Source: Euglena gracilis (lineage: Eukaryota). From it: a stretch of 64,000 bases of DNA. Both the position numbers and the translations under genes were made by a program. The notes below the pieces were generated by a model. It did not search any database, was not told where the DNA came from, and saw nothing but the letters and a program-made list of their open reading frames with translations. The stretch spans positions 7,141,425 to 7,205,424 of the forward strand of contig CP154954.1 in the NCBI GenBank assembly GCA_039621445.1, given 5' to 3'. Shown piece after piece: positions 13,753-27,500 of this stretch; the first letter of the stretch is position 1; every line of letters begins with the position of its first letter.

Positions 13753-15977
13753 ACGAAGTGAGCAAGATAGGATACATTAACCCACCCGTCATCACAGTTA
13801 AACCCACCTGTGTCTTTATGTCTTTAAAACCAAATAATTTTTAACAATTTATAACAAAAACAAATCAACAAAATGATTTGGCGAGAGATCTGCTTGTGTT
13901 GTCTTTTTGTGCTGGCCGAGTGTCACATCCCCCCCATTTAGTCCCCCATAAAGTGAAATTGCCTCTCTCTCGTCAGAGGCTAAGAACCTCGGTCTTTGGA
14001 TGAAGAATTGGAGAGGAAGTGTTTCTCTGAGCAGTTAAATTTCCGCAGCGGATGGTCCAGTGTGGTCTCGTGTGCTATGACGTCGCATGCAGTTTTTTTT
14101 TAATCGCACAGTGTTTGTGGAAGAGCCCCGCCATCCCAGTTCGCACCACTGCCCAGTTCCAGTACTGGCTTCGGCCACGTACTATGATGGAGGCCAGCGC
14201 CCCCGTGTAGCCCTGGGCTGCACTCGCGCGAGCCGTCCTATATCGCCGGCTCTGGCGGTGGTGTGGCTGGCGGTGGGGTCGGGAGCAGCCTCCCCAAGCC
14301 CAGACCCACAGTCCAGCGTCTGTTGGTTTGTGCTAGCATCGCCCTGCGCGTCATAAACAGGCTCAGGTGGACCCAGACCTGAATTTCTTCAAATGTCGAT
14401 GGACCGTCCCAAACCTGGCCGGGCTTAGGCCAGCCCTCGCCACGCAGCCAGGGAAAAGCCCGAGGCCAGGACACCCGGACTTGGCTGGGACTGCGGTGGT
14501 CGCAAGAGGACCGGGGAGGGTGAAGAAGGTCAAACGATGGTTGGGAAGATATGCCGCTCGGGTGAGTTGCTGAGCATGGACGGAAAACTGGTGAGGCGGC
14601 AGGATAGAGACGCCCGGGAGTGCGCCAGCCTTGGCGAGCTGCCGCAACCTCAAGGATGTTTTGACATGGATCCTGGGCCTCTTGGTGCCTCGTGCTAGAG
14701 ATTAAACACACAGACGGACTGAAGGTGCAATGGTTTAATGTGGCACCATCCCCAAACCGAGGAAGCCGGATGTGAGGCACCTGGGCCCACACAGTCGGGA
14801 TACCTCAAACAATTTTGTCAGGGTGGCGAGCGGCCTGTTTGGAAGGTGAGTCCAAAGTGATAATAATCGGGGGTTGTTTTTGGGATGCAGCAGCCACGGA
14901 TGGAGAGGGGCACACCGTGCCAGTGCACGTTTTTTTTGAAATGCAAACGGGCAGCAGGAAAGGTCTCGAGTCTCGTCAGCTGTAGAGAAAGGTGTTGCTT
15001 GGTGCGCATCGCAAAGTGCAGAAAACTGCAAAACTGAATGGATAATTCAGAATGGAGGACGAAAAATCCTGGAGGAAAACGGAAGAGACCAGTCAAATGC
15101 CTCCTCCATATTCTTGGTTTAGGGAGGTTTTATAGTTAGATTGCACGCCTTTGTAATAAAGTCGTACTGATTCTTGGGCTATAAGTAAACAGCTGGTCAG
15201 TACCCGGGCGATATATGAGAAGTAGAATTTCTCGGGGATGCCAACACATTGGCCTCCTGCATTCCAATGTGTTTGAGGTGCCAGATGAGGGGCCTTTCCC
15301 TAAAGGTGTTTCAGGTCGAAACTGAGGAGTGAACCACAAAAAAAATAGAACAACCAACCTACACTGAAGCAGCTGTGCTTGGGAAGGGTTCATCGGATCA
15401 TACACTACTCCTTGAAGTGAAGGCTTTGGGTTCAAAACAAGATCAGTCATTGACACACACACACACACAAAACCATAGGAAACAGAAGGGGGTGTCGTAT
15501 CCTTGGCCCCTGTTCTTCTGTTCAAAAGGAAAGGCGTTCCCCTCCCAGCTGACGGTGAAGCGGTACGACGTCGGGGTGGAACAATGTACACACAAAGACC
15601 CCCCCCCAACTCCCTCAAACTTCCACATAAAACCACTAACCACATGCACAGACACACAAACTCTCACCGCATGATACGCAGCGATATGCTACTACCGGAG
15701 GAAACTCTTCCCGTAGGAAACTGCTGAATTCTGGGTCAAACCTGGGGGACTGAAAAAAATGACAGGGTACCGATTTGCCACAATCCCTTGGTTTTCTCCT
15801 TGCCGTGCCATACGCTGGAGGTCTGAATGGTGGCCGATTCCCCGATAGTTTCCAGTCATGACGCGATTTGACTTTCCCTGGCACCCATTTCCCACCCCGC
15901 GTGCGCGTACCCATCACTGCTGGGGAAGTGCGGCCCCTCTTTTCCCCGCCCCCAACGCTTCGCAGGGGTTGTTAAGA

Positions 15978-18900
15978 ATGCAGTTTGCCGCACCGGCTTC
16001 GGAGGTTGGGCAGGCGGAGTATTTCACACACCGACGCCCGAGGTGTACGTGTACCCGGAAGAGCCACAACCTGAGGTGGGGAAGTGGCCCGAAGGTGTGC
16101 TCCACTCCCGTCCTTCTGTGTTTCACTCTTGTTTATATCAGTGTCCGGTGTATTGACTTTTTTTTTCTAATTTCACTATCGGTTTATTTATGGGGTATAA
16201 TGCAGTGACACGATGGTGCAGGAGTGTTCCTGTTTTGAAAGGAATGAAATAGTTTTCAGAATTGTAGAATACCTTGTTCCACACGCCTTTGCATTTGGTT
16301 AGGCTAATTCTCTTCTTGTTGCATTTTTGCAGAAAACCTTTTACGACTCCACAGGGGGCCAGCCAGAAGTACCCCCAACCTCCCGACCATGGCATTGGTG
16401 GCGGTGGGTACTGTGGACCAGACCAACGTTCGGTGCCAGTCACCAAAAAACATCGCGAGTAAATTGTGTGGGTCCCCTGCAAAGTAATGGCCTTTTTGAC
16501 TTTTTTCGGTGCCAAAGCGCCAAATATTTGTCTCCATATTTGACCCAATTTGACAAAAATGTTCCTCCCCGAGGGGGGGCTCCCTGAGTTATTTCCAGTG
16601 TATCCCAACAATGGGCGGGGGGTTGCTTTGTCCTGCCCTGGGGTGGTTTTTGGTCTTGGACGCCCAACCAACGCTGGCCTGAGGCGGGCGCTGCCCCGCC
16701 TGCTGCTCGTGCCCTTCCTCGCCCTGTTCTTCATGTGGGTGTTCAACGCCGAGGGGGGCGTCGGGCTCGACGCCTCCAGCCTCTTCGGCCTGCACGCCGT
16801 GCTGATGGTCGTCTTTGTGCTGCCCAGGCCCCCTACCGATGGCTCATGTTGCAACGCGAATGTGCGGCGAATGGGTCTCAAGTGCGACTGCGTTTTTTTG
16901 GAAAATCGTATGGTGAAGGGAAGGGGCGCGTCACAGAACATCGAAAATTGTATCAAAGGTCAAATACTTTCCAAGTTTTATGTGATTTTTTTGGGTTACG
17001 TTAATCAGTTTCTAGCTGAGCCTCACAGACGAAGGATTCGAGAAGCCAAACCGGTCGATTATTATGGGAAAATATCGGGGAATTTCAATAATTTTACCAT
17101 TTTTGTCTATGGCAATTTTTTGTATGTCCTGCACTTTAGAGTTCACGCATAATTCTCCGAAGTGGTTGCCACCGACATAAGAATTTTCGCCAGCATACTT
17201 TTATTGTTGTATCGTTCCTGAACTTTTTTTTGGATGTTTGGTGGATGACTGGCTGGGGCCTTGTTCCGATCTGCATGCAGGAGGCCCTCCTCGTTTATTC
17301 CGTTCCGCTTTTCGGGCCTCTGCCGGTTCCCCGAGCTGCCTCCAAGTATGCCGCCCCCACCTCGACGTGGCTGTGCTGTGGCAACGCTGAATGGGAGGCT
17401 GGCCAGTATTGAGGTCGGGGTTGACACAGGCACTCGGAATGTCTTCCGCATTCAAGCTGCAGCAGGTCGGTTGGAGTGGGACCAAGCTTCTGCGGTTCAC
17501 ATCGCTGCGGTTAAATGCCCTTTTTTGACTTTTTTGGGGTGTTTTTTTTTTTGGAACAGGATCTGTCTGGAAATTCATTACAAGTCCCATTCTCAGCTGG
17601 ACACGGAGGAACTTTTTTTTCGAGTCTGGGGATGCTAAAATATTAAAATGAAGTGTCAACAATCCACACGACTTGGAAATAATGCGAATGCCTGTTTTGA
17701 TGTTATTATAATTTATTTTTTGTTTAGATTTTGCGTATTTTAGTTTGAAAAATATATGCCCCAAATATTAATTACTCCTGGCCATAATTTCGCATTCCTA
17801 AATGTGTACCCCTGGGAAAATTATTTTTGGGGGGAGTTGAGGAAAATGTTTCAAATGGTTTCAACGAGGAAAATATTTCAACAAAGAAAATGTTGGAGAA
17901 TGAAAGGATTTGGCTGCATGCATCATTGATGGCTGGATGGCTGACTGGTTGGATCGATGGTTGGGAGAAAGAGTATAGGGTTGGCAGGCGTAAACAGGAA
18001 GGCTGGGCAGTGGCCTCTGGCATTCGTTTTCCTCCAGGGCTGCCCGGATCCACTCGGTGCTCCCGCGCAGGGCCGTCCACGCCGTCTTCCACCTGGCCGG
18101 CCTGGGGTGCGCCATCGGGGGGCTGGTGGCCATCGTCTCCTACAAGCGCCAGAACGGCGACAACGTCTACCCGAACTACCCGGTGTACACCCCCCACTCC
18201 TGGGTGGCCATTGCCTTCCTCGCGTTGTGGACCATGGATTCATTCAACACCCGTGTGACCCCACCCCCCAGGGGGCAGGGCACACAGGATATCCTCCCAC
18301 CCACCCACCCTTTCGACCTAGTCAGAATCGGCCGAAAGCACTTAAAATTTTCAGGCATGGCGCTTGGCTGGTCCAAAATCTGTCACGAAGTGAATCTGTG
18401 TTGTAGATCCTCCAGCTGCTGGGAGCAATCCACTGCCACGCACGGTGGTGTCAAACGAGGGAGGTTCTGTTCAGTCGAATGCGCGTTTCCTTCAAGATGT
18501 TTGCATTTTTTTTAATTCACAGTTGTATTTTTAATGCTTTTGAGCTTCAACATTTGTCACCAAGGTTTCATGCATTTCCACCAGTGAGATCAATAGTTCT
18601 GCAGTAACTTTAGGTGGCATGCAAAACCACTTTTTGCGTAGTTTTTGCATCCGGTCCAGAGAGAAACTGCATGCATGACTTGATTCACAAACCTACCTAT
18701 CCGAAGTGATTTCACTCTGTTCTGGCCAAAAACCCATTATCAGGAAGTTCATCACCGCTGATCATGGTGCTGTTAGTGAAATTGCTGTGTAGCTTCCCAC
18801 AGCAGCTGCAGTGGCTTGTCGTTGAGGTGCTGTTGTTTTTGTTCTCGTCAAGGATGAGCAGGTCAAGCAACGATGCAGGGCCACCACCCATCTCGTGACG

Positions 18901-19794
18901 ATTCGTTTGTTTGTCTGCGCACGCGCACCTATGCCGCCGAACTCTGAATTACATAAGCAATGAAATGGTTTGGTTTAATTGTTTTCTGTTTGATGTATTG
19001 TTAGTAAGGCACAAATTATTGAAGCCTCTTAATTGTTTGTGTCAGTTTAATATGTCAGTTTGGGGCAAAGAGGTCCCGGGGGGGGGGGCAATGGGAATCT
19101 GTGTCGGTGGGGTCTTCCGTCTATCTTTCGTGTGACCTTCTGACCCGCCCCAGATCCCAGGTTTCGCTGGGTTTTGTGACAACGACGTCGGATTCCAGCT
19201 CAGCCAGCTGGCCGGAGGTTTTAGGGAACGCTGCCAAAATGCTGACAAGTGAGATACATGTAAAATAGACCTCATCTCTCGAACAATTTTCCAATTCAGA
19301 TGGATCTGCTCACCTGAGCCAGATCCATCCAACCCCCCTGGCTGAAGTGCCAAAATTTTTTACAGGTGGAAGTCTGCCAGATTGGATCTCCAATCCGACC
19401 AACACACTTTTTTTCCAGCCAACTCCTGTCACCCAGCTGCCGGAATTCCGCTGGGGGATTCCGCCATCTCCATTTCCTGTGTGGGAAAGCGTTCAGCAGA
19501 GAAATCACCCGGAATTTTTCAAATTTTGATCGGGATCGGCGGTGCGGGCGACGTTCCACCGCTTCTTCGGGAACGTGACCTATGGGGTCGGCCTCGCCAC
19601 GTGTGCCTTAGGCTTCCAGGACATGCAGTCCAGCGACCTCTCGTGGCTGGCAACCAGAGATTGCTTTAATAATGTTTGAGCCCCACGGACGTTTCTTCTA
19701 ATAATTGGTTTTCTAAGAAAGTGCTCAATGTCCCAACCCCCTGCCGGATCCCCTGCGCTCTTGAATGGAAGTCTCTGCGTCCGATGCCCAACAT
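15978..19794 (+). pseudogene. Cytochrome b561 duplicate, frameshifted and 3'-truncated
   Basis: Exon 1 has tttcacacaccgacg vs tttcacgccgacg in copy 1 (+2 nt, near 16025). Sequence diverges about 12 nt into the Met-rich exon at 19794. Confidence 0.8.
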
Positions 19795-19891
19795 TTGACA
19801 TGGCTTGTCCATAACCCCCATGTCAACACTGTTTTTCTCATGCTCAGAATGCTTTATGGTTCATAGCATATGACACCCATATGACGCCCAT

Positions 19892-20008
<117 letters not shown>

Positions 20009-20058
20009 CGTCAACAGCATTTTCCCAGTCCTCTGGAGTGTGGCGTCTCAATTCTCAG

Positions 20059-22615
20059 GCGAGGAGGAGCCTGCCCATCGAAGTCGCAGGGGACTATTAT
20101 GGGTTACCGCATCCGCTGCGCTGGCCCCAGCCAGTGGTGCTGAGCCCCACCGACCTCGCCGCCCATTTCCGCGGCAAGGCCTTCATCGCCCTCAGACACG
20201 CCCCTGCCACCTGCCACGGGGGTCCGGACCGATCCAGGGGGGGGGGGGTGCCCCAAGATCCACCCAAAAGGTAAAAATATTCTTTCTGGCGCCGAATTTT
20301 TTTTGCATTTATGACAAATTTTTCCCAAACAGTGCCCAAAATGGCATTTTTGGCCGTTCTGGGGGTTCAAAAAATTTCGGCCCGGAGTTTTGCGCTGAGC
20401 CAAAAATCAGGCTTTAGGTATGAGGGGGAGTGTCCCCTCCCTGTTGGACCGGAGGGGGTAGGAGGTCCAGACCCTCCCTGCTTTTATATTGAACCCATAC
20501 CCCTTCCCCCGCCCTTGAGAGTACCCCCCACATGGGCGGGCCGCCCCCTCCCCCGGTCTTAAAAGAAACCCCGGTGCTTGCTGCGGACAGGCACATGGCA
20601 GTTGTCAAAAGAAGCCTGTTCAACCGTTTTGAAAGTTTGTTTTCAGTTTCAATTCAAAAATCCAAGTGTTCTTGTCGTGGTGAGTGGTGTGCATGCCAGG
20701 CCATTTTTCTTTAAAACCCCATGGGGGAAGGTGTAGGTTGCCTGTTTAAGAACCACCACCCAGGGGTCCGTTTTCTTGGTGCTTGTCGACCAGGCCAATT
20801 ATCTCTTGAAAATGGCCATGTTCAGGCCCCGTGCTCTAACATTACTCACCCCAAAACCCCACCCTCCTCCCCGCAAGAGGAGGGATCGAAAATGCCCTCC
20901 TCCATGGGGGGGGCCAACCTTCCCAGGTGCCCCATAGAACCAGGTTTTGTGTAGTGCTGAGCTGTCTGATGGTGCCATGGTGCAGCAGATGCTTGAGGCT
21001 TGTGGCAGCCACGGCTGCCCGCCGGGCCTAGTAGGCAACCTGGCAGCACGACGGCGGCCCGTCGTCCGGGAGGCCCAAAAAGGTGTTTTTGGCCAAAAAA
21101 AATTTCGATTTTTTTCGACATTTTTTACACAGAAATTTTTTCGCCCTTTTTGACCCAGAAATGACCCAAAATACATCCGTTTTGGGCCGAAAACGGGGAG
21201 CCTGGGGTCGAAAAACGCTCATTTTCGGCTCGAAAACAGTTTTTCTGGGTCCGGGAGGCCCACAAATTTGGTTTTGGGCCACCCCCTCTTTTTTTCCCCA
21301 CCTTTTTTGACCCGGAAATGGACAAAACGGGCTGCCCCTGGCGGCTTATGCAAGGCAGTAGAGGGTCAAGGGGGCTTTTTTTTTTTTACATCGCCAGTGA
21401 TTTCTTTTGATTAGCCACCGTTTTGGAGATATTTTGAAATTTTCGCTGTTTTGACCCCAAAATGGCCGAAAACAGCTCAGTCAAAAACAGGCCAAAATAG
21501 TACAGACTTGGAGCGAAACAGGCTTCCTTGGGCTAGCCATGGAGTTACGGAAATATTGATTTTTTTGGCCCTGAAATTGCCGAAAACGGCTGAGTTGGAA
21601 GCCTGCCACGCTGCTTTGGGGCATAAATCGGCCATGCTTTTGGGCTTGGCGGAGAGTTATGAGGAAATCAGAATACCATTACAGTAGGGGAACTAAATAG
21701 TGGGACAGTCCACCGGAACTAAATAGTGGGACACTCAAAAAAACGAAGTTCCCCCCGAAACTCACTCGAGCTGCACAAGGTATATTTAGCTGCAAGGATT
21801 ATGGTGTCTATCGTTCTTGCATCAATAATTACGGGCTTTTGCCATTCAAATGATGGTAATGAGCTGGAGGAAGGCTTCAATAACGTGCGGGCCCTCCATG
21901 CGAGTCCAGGACAGCCACAATGCGGCTAGGCATGGATTCATACAAAACCCCAATTTGCTGAGGTGCAACATCTGCGAAAGCGCGCGGGAGTGCGGACCAC
22001 AGTTCGTTTCGGTTGGAGAAAATGCAGCCTTCCAGCTTTGCGGTCACCAACGGCCATATAATTGGCACGACCCCAGAGCACACAGACCCCCCACCACACC
22101 TGGGACCCCCCACCAAGAGGACCATCTGAATAACAAACTGGGGTTGATGAGCATTGGCCCTGGAATCGGACCGTCAGGGGTGTGCAGCCGCGCAGGGGTC
22201 GCCGCCGATGCCGCTGTGGGGCGAGCAGCGGGGCATCGGTGGCAGTGCACACGTCCGCTTTGTGACGGCGCTCGCCCGAGTGGCGGAGCAGTACAGCCCG
22301 GCCAATGTGCTGCTGATCTCCCACGGGGACGCTGTGGCCGCCTGCGTCGGTGTGACGCCAACCCCACATGCTGAATGAATGTAGGGGGTCGAGGTATTTG
22401 GGTGGGGGAAGTTCCAACCACCGTTGTCGACTTTCAACCCACTCCTTCGGGTGGGGCGGGGTTGGTCTGTGGATCCCCAGGAAAAAAACACAAAAAATAT
22501 TGCTCCCTGTTTCACAGCATATATATATACATATATATGTATGCATATATATATGTATATATATATATATGTATATATGTATATATATATATATATATAT
22601 GTGTGTGTATATATA

Positions 22616-22648
<33 letters not shown>

Positions 22649-24282
22649 TGGCATTGTTTTATAAATGTTTCCAAAAGAAACATGATGTGGTTCTAACGAC
22701 CCCAAAAATTCCACCGCTTCTCAATGGATATTCCTTTTCAGGGCTCCCCCTCAACAAAAAAAATTGGCTAGCCCTCAAGCCGTAGAAACCTTCCAGGAAT
22801 TCGTCGTGGAACAACTTGGGCAGCACAGGGGAGGGGGGACTCCCGGGGCTGACAAGCTGGACAGCACGGAAGGGGGTGATAATTGTCCACCTGTTTCCAG
22901 AAGGGGTTCAGAAATCCTTCGGGTGCCCCAGCAGTCCTCCCAAGGTGTCGATTTTTTTTTGCATCCGGCCCTTCGCCCCAAATAATGTACGCACGTTTCC
23001 ACCCAAGAATTATCATCCGACGATATATTTTAAGCCCATTTTGAGGGGTTAGAACAATTCATTTATTGGCCACGCATCAGGGGAGGGCGGTGACAACTGT
23101 CTTGGGGTCGGCACACTTTCCGCTGGTTGCCACCGTTGGGTTCGGATTCGTGTAGGCCTGAGCCCAATTGGAGTGTGAGTTGACCAGACGTTTCATGAGG
23201 TTTACTCCTAAAAAAAGGGGTTATTTGCTTTGGCTCCGGAATCCAATTGGGAATTGTTGGATTTTGGATATTTAAGATGGTTCCCTTGTGAAAAATTGGA
23301 ATATTTATTGTATTTGCTGCTGGACAGAAAATGGAAAAATTCATTATAAGACTGTTCAATTGTTCTAAAATTATCGAAGGAATTATCTACTTTCCTCAAA
23401 TGCGTGCAACTCCTCGTCCGCAAGCTCCAGAACTGAGTAAGTTTTGTTCCATATTTTGTCCACACTCCATAGTAGTGAAATTTTAAGAAGAATTGTCTAT
23501 TTAAATGGCTGTGTAGCCTCTGGGGCAATATGCGATCAGCTGAATTTGAGAATTGTTCAGTATTTTTGAGCAATTTGAAATTCTTGATTGGTCTTGTTTT
23601 GATTCCCCCCCCCCCCGCCTGCTCCAGGCAATCTACTGCCTCCGGGGGCGATGGTGTACCGCACAGACTACTGCTGCTGCGCCCATTTCGTCCGTGGCAA
23701 GGTGGAAGGCTGGCCTTTCCTTGCTCGATCGGGAGGGGGGCTGAATGGTTACCCAGCAAGGCCTCTGGGTTGTACCCACCTTCCCACAATGTTTCTTCTT
23801 TGCGACTGTGGAAATTTGTTTTTTGTGTCATTTAGGGTGTTTGTTACAAAATGTCACAATTGAATTTCATTTCTCAAAAAATATCAACCCTAAACCAAAA
23901 TTTGGAAACAGAGTCAACTGCGTAAATGCAAAATGGTCCGTCTCGATGGAGGATCCTCCAGTCCAGAGTCAAATCATTTCTTTGTTCTGGATGCCAATGT
24001 TGGTTTTCCCTCAAATTTCCGCCGTCCCCCGATATCCCCCTTACCCTTCAACCCCCAGCTCAGCACACAGTGCACACAGCGCTTGGTTGACAAACGCCTG
24101 TGCCATCGAAACGTGCCCTAAAGACTGACGCGTTTTTGTTTTGCGGGAAAGGCAGGACCGCGGCGTGCTGATGACACCCCATCCTTCGGGAGGGCTCGGC
24201 GCAACAGTCGCGAAGCAAAGGCGTGGTGGTGTGGGAGCTGCGGACGGAGCCCGGGGCGGGCATCGAGTGGATTGCCGACTGA
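20059..24282 (+). CDS. Histidine phosphatase / phosphoglycerate-mutase-like protein, 5'-incomplete
   Basis: Exons 20059-20193, 22190-22349, 23628-23701, 24208-24282 splice in frame: ARRSLPIEV...KAFIAL / [12 protein letters not shown]...[31 protein letters not shown] / [25 protein letters not shown] / [24 protein letters not shown]. The C-terminal SHG motif is present; the N-terminal RHG exon was not found. Confidence 0.75.
20194..22189 (+). other. ~2 kb nonconventional intron
   Basis: 5' AGACACGCCCCTG pairs with 3' CAGGGGTGTGCAGCC (CAC at +4..6 / GTG at -8..-6); phase-0 in-frame join. Confidence 0.75.
21682..22062 (-). mobile_element. Tc1/mariner (IS630-Tc1) transposon remnant: transposase C-terminus plus one terminus
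   Basis: Minus-strand [60 protein letters not shown] matches the Tc1 C-terminal pattern (SMPxR...GGxTxY). The end reads TA|CAGT with an internal direct repeat ggaactaaatagtgggaca x2. Confidence 0.8.
22519..22648. repeat. Compound (TA)n/(TG)n microsatellite
   Basis: Directly visible. Confidence 0.97.
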
Positions 24283-24599
24283 CAGACCCCGGGTGGCCCC
24301 GCTGTGGCTCTATCCCCCCACCTCTACTCTCATTACCCACTGACCCTGCCCTTTGGGCATTGCCCAGCGCTCTGCTGAGCTCGCGGCCGTTTCAGGGGCC
24401 GACCCTTCCGTGTTTCTCTTTCTGTCACCACTGCAGCTCGTTGCTACCCCCGTTGTCTGTCAGGGAAAGCTTTGTGACTTTATGCTTTGAGTTCTTTGCA
24501 ATTGCTTGATAATTTTCTATTGAACAGAAAAGAAAAAAAAACAAGAAGAATCAAAGAAGAACAAGAAGAAGAAGAAACAAAATAATGATAGCAATCAAA

Positions 24600-27500
24600 A
24601 TGGGTAAATTCAAATTTCACCAACGTGGTTTTCTTCATGATGCCTCGGCAGTCGGGGGAAAATAATTTGGCTTGACGTTGGCAGGGAACCTAGCTATAAC
24701 CCCCCAAATAAGACACCTGGTCATGCTCCTTGGGTCGGCTGCTGAAAGATTCAAGGGTCTTTTTTTTTGGAAAAAAATGTAATATTTTGTTGAAATTTTC
24801 GTCAGAAAAACATCCTCCTATGTGTGAGAGGGTCCTAAAACAAGTCAAAATGGTTTTTTTGCTGGTTTTGGGGGGTGTTGTCTCCAGATTTTGCTATTTT
24901 CTTCCAGCCAGCCTGCTACACCCTCCAGGATTTTTAACAAATCTCCTGCCAGGAGGGGAAAATACGCACTGTTGACATTTTACAACTCGCAAACTACACA
25001 GAAAAACAACACTGTTCGCTGTCGTTTTTGCACCTGCCAAATAATACCAATATTTGAATGTTTTAAACGGTGACGACTGCCCTCTTCTCAGATCAAGCCC
25101 TCTCCCCAAAATGATTGTTTGTGCTTTGCACAGATGATCCCTGGATGACTGCTGAGACGGTGTGTTAAATTGTTTGCTAATCTGAACTCTTTTTAAGGAA
25201 GCTATGGATGAGCTTGTATTTTCAACTCTTTGTTGCAGTCAGGTTTTGGAGTGGGTTGCATTAGAGCACCCCTCCAACGCCGAAAGTGCCCCTGACTGTT
25301 CTGCCAATGCCAAATGCCATGAAAATAAAATGCCTGGGTCGGGCCCAAAACAAATTGGGGACCCATTATGGGCAGCACGCTAGAGTGCAAGGGACCCCCT
25401 CGCCCCTGGTCACAGAGTCTGTATTGTCCAAAATGCCATTCCAACCAGTATTGCCTTCTGGTTTGGTGATTTTTCGATTGTGCAAAAATGTGTTTGTTGC
25501 ACAACAGCATTGGTGTCGTCATCTGGCCCCCGCAGGATAAAGAAGCCAGCCAGAAGGAAGAGGAAAAGAAGAAGGAATGCAGCCAGAGAGAGGAAGATAA
25601 GAAAAAAGAAGCAAGCCACAAGGAGGAGGAGAAGAAAAAGGATGCCAAGAAGGATGAAAAGAAGGCAGGGAAGAGCAGGACGCTTTCATATGATGAGCGA
25701 TCAGAGAAGGTGCCACATGCTGGTTAGCATAAAGTGCCCTGTGCAGTCGGGGGTAAACTCCTGACTTTTGAATCTTGACACTGGGCGCTGTGATGGTTGA
25801 ACAGGGATTTGGTTGTACCAAAGGCATAGGGGACTTATTTGTATCAATGAAAACCCCTTTTATAATCCCCTGGTGGTTATAGGATGCTGTTTGGTGGTCG
25901 GCCCAGATGGGGGGGGTTGTACGTGGAGGCTTAGTGTGTAACTGGATGGGGTACGAAAGTGCCCCTTATTCGGTTAATTCATGGGGTGTTTTTGCCAAAA
26001 CCTCAGAAACTGGCATGCCCACCACAGCGGTTCGTTTTTTTACGGCACACTGTGTGATTTTCTGGCACATTTTTGCCTCTTAGTCTTTCATCATTTTTCC
26101 CTATTGGGGGGAGGGAGGGTTATCGGTCATGATTTGGGAGTTTGGACCCAGGGAGGGGGTTAAAAGGAGAAGCGGGTGGTCGGGTTTATTCCTGCCTGGA
26201 AAAGTGTTTTCTTTAGGCTGAGTTCATAATTGGTTGAATTTTTTCCCAGGCTAAGTTTTGTGACTGACGGATCGGTTTCACTGATACCCACCCCGCCATT
26301 TACCCCTATTATGCGGTGCAGGAAATGCAGCTTCAGCGGCTGTTTGAGCTCCCTGTCCCAGAACCACTGGTGGAGGATTTCGCATGCGCATACCAGAAGA
26401 GCTTCCTGCGGCAGGGGCGCATGTACGTGCTGCGGGTGTGTTGACCCCGAGTGAGTGTGCTGTGGTCACAGTGGGGGCAAAATTAGCGGTGTTTGAATTG
26501 AGTCCGAATTTTCTGATTCCTTGCAAAGCAACCTCTGTAAAATCGAAGTCTCAGACAGTCTGAATCCCAGATTGGAGTCAACTCCTGTTCAAGGGCTCGC
26601 ATTTATAATTGATTATTAGAAATTAATCAGTATTGTCATAAGGTACAGACCAGCCTTTTTTTTTTAGCGGTAACCCTCGTCCATTCAGCACCCTGGTTGA
26701 AAAGATGAAAGTCAAGAAGTTATTAAAGCACAGAAATGTTTGTGACGGTGATCTCTACCCCTTCCCAAAAAGCTGTCACCCCGATGAGGCCATCACCAAC
26801 CATTTTAGCACGTGCGGTTAGTCCACAAACCTGCTTGGTAGATTGTCACTTGTCACGTGACATTTTCCGGGGGGGATTCGAGAATGTCTTCTATCTATCT
26901 TTATGGTTTCAAATGCAATACATATTTCAATTTCAATAAAAAGCGTTGTCTTATAAAAAAAAAAGCTTCCGGCCCATTCACTGATTTGAAGTTGTACTAA
27001 ATTTGGAGTATTTGACCACATTTTTCATTGTCTTTCACAATTGGGCTTGTTGTTTGCCCATTTTGAAGTGAAACCTGGCTCCATCAAAATGAAGAAACAT
27101 TTTGATGGCAGCATTTAAAAAAAATCCGCCCTAAGGAAATATTTTTCCGTTCTGTCTGTCGTTCGGTGGTATGGTCTCCTGTCTCCTGCCTCTGCCTGCA
27201 TCTGTGATCAATCGGGAACACCTGTCTTCAGTCAATATTGTGTCATTTGCCTCACGTCAGTGCCACCTCGCGTTCTACTCCATGTTGGGGCCGCGGCTCC
27301 TGCTGGGCTATCCGGCCATCCAAGCAATCCGGGAGGCAAAAACTCTGGACCTGTTCAACAATGCCATCACCGTCACCACCGTCGATGGGCAAACACATTT
27401 CTTCACCTCTTTCCTCACCCGCGACAAGGTGTGTTTGCGTCTCACAAATGGTTGGTGTACATTCCTGGTTTGGAAGAACGCTGGACCGGCTGAGTTTTAA

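Larger units (their letters stand above)
11199..19794 (+). repeat. Segmental tandem duplication, copy 2
   Basis: Collinear with 1-9601, with several indels (extra ~13116-13322, ~15277-15375, ~15625-15890; lacks ~5068-5460, ~6615-6903, ~7571-8100). Similarity stops abruptly at gatgcccaacat (19794). Confidence 0.95.
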
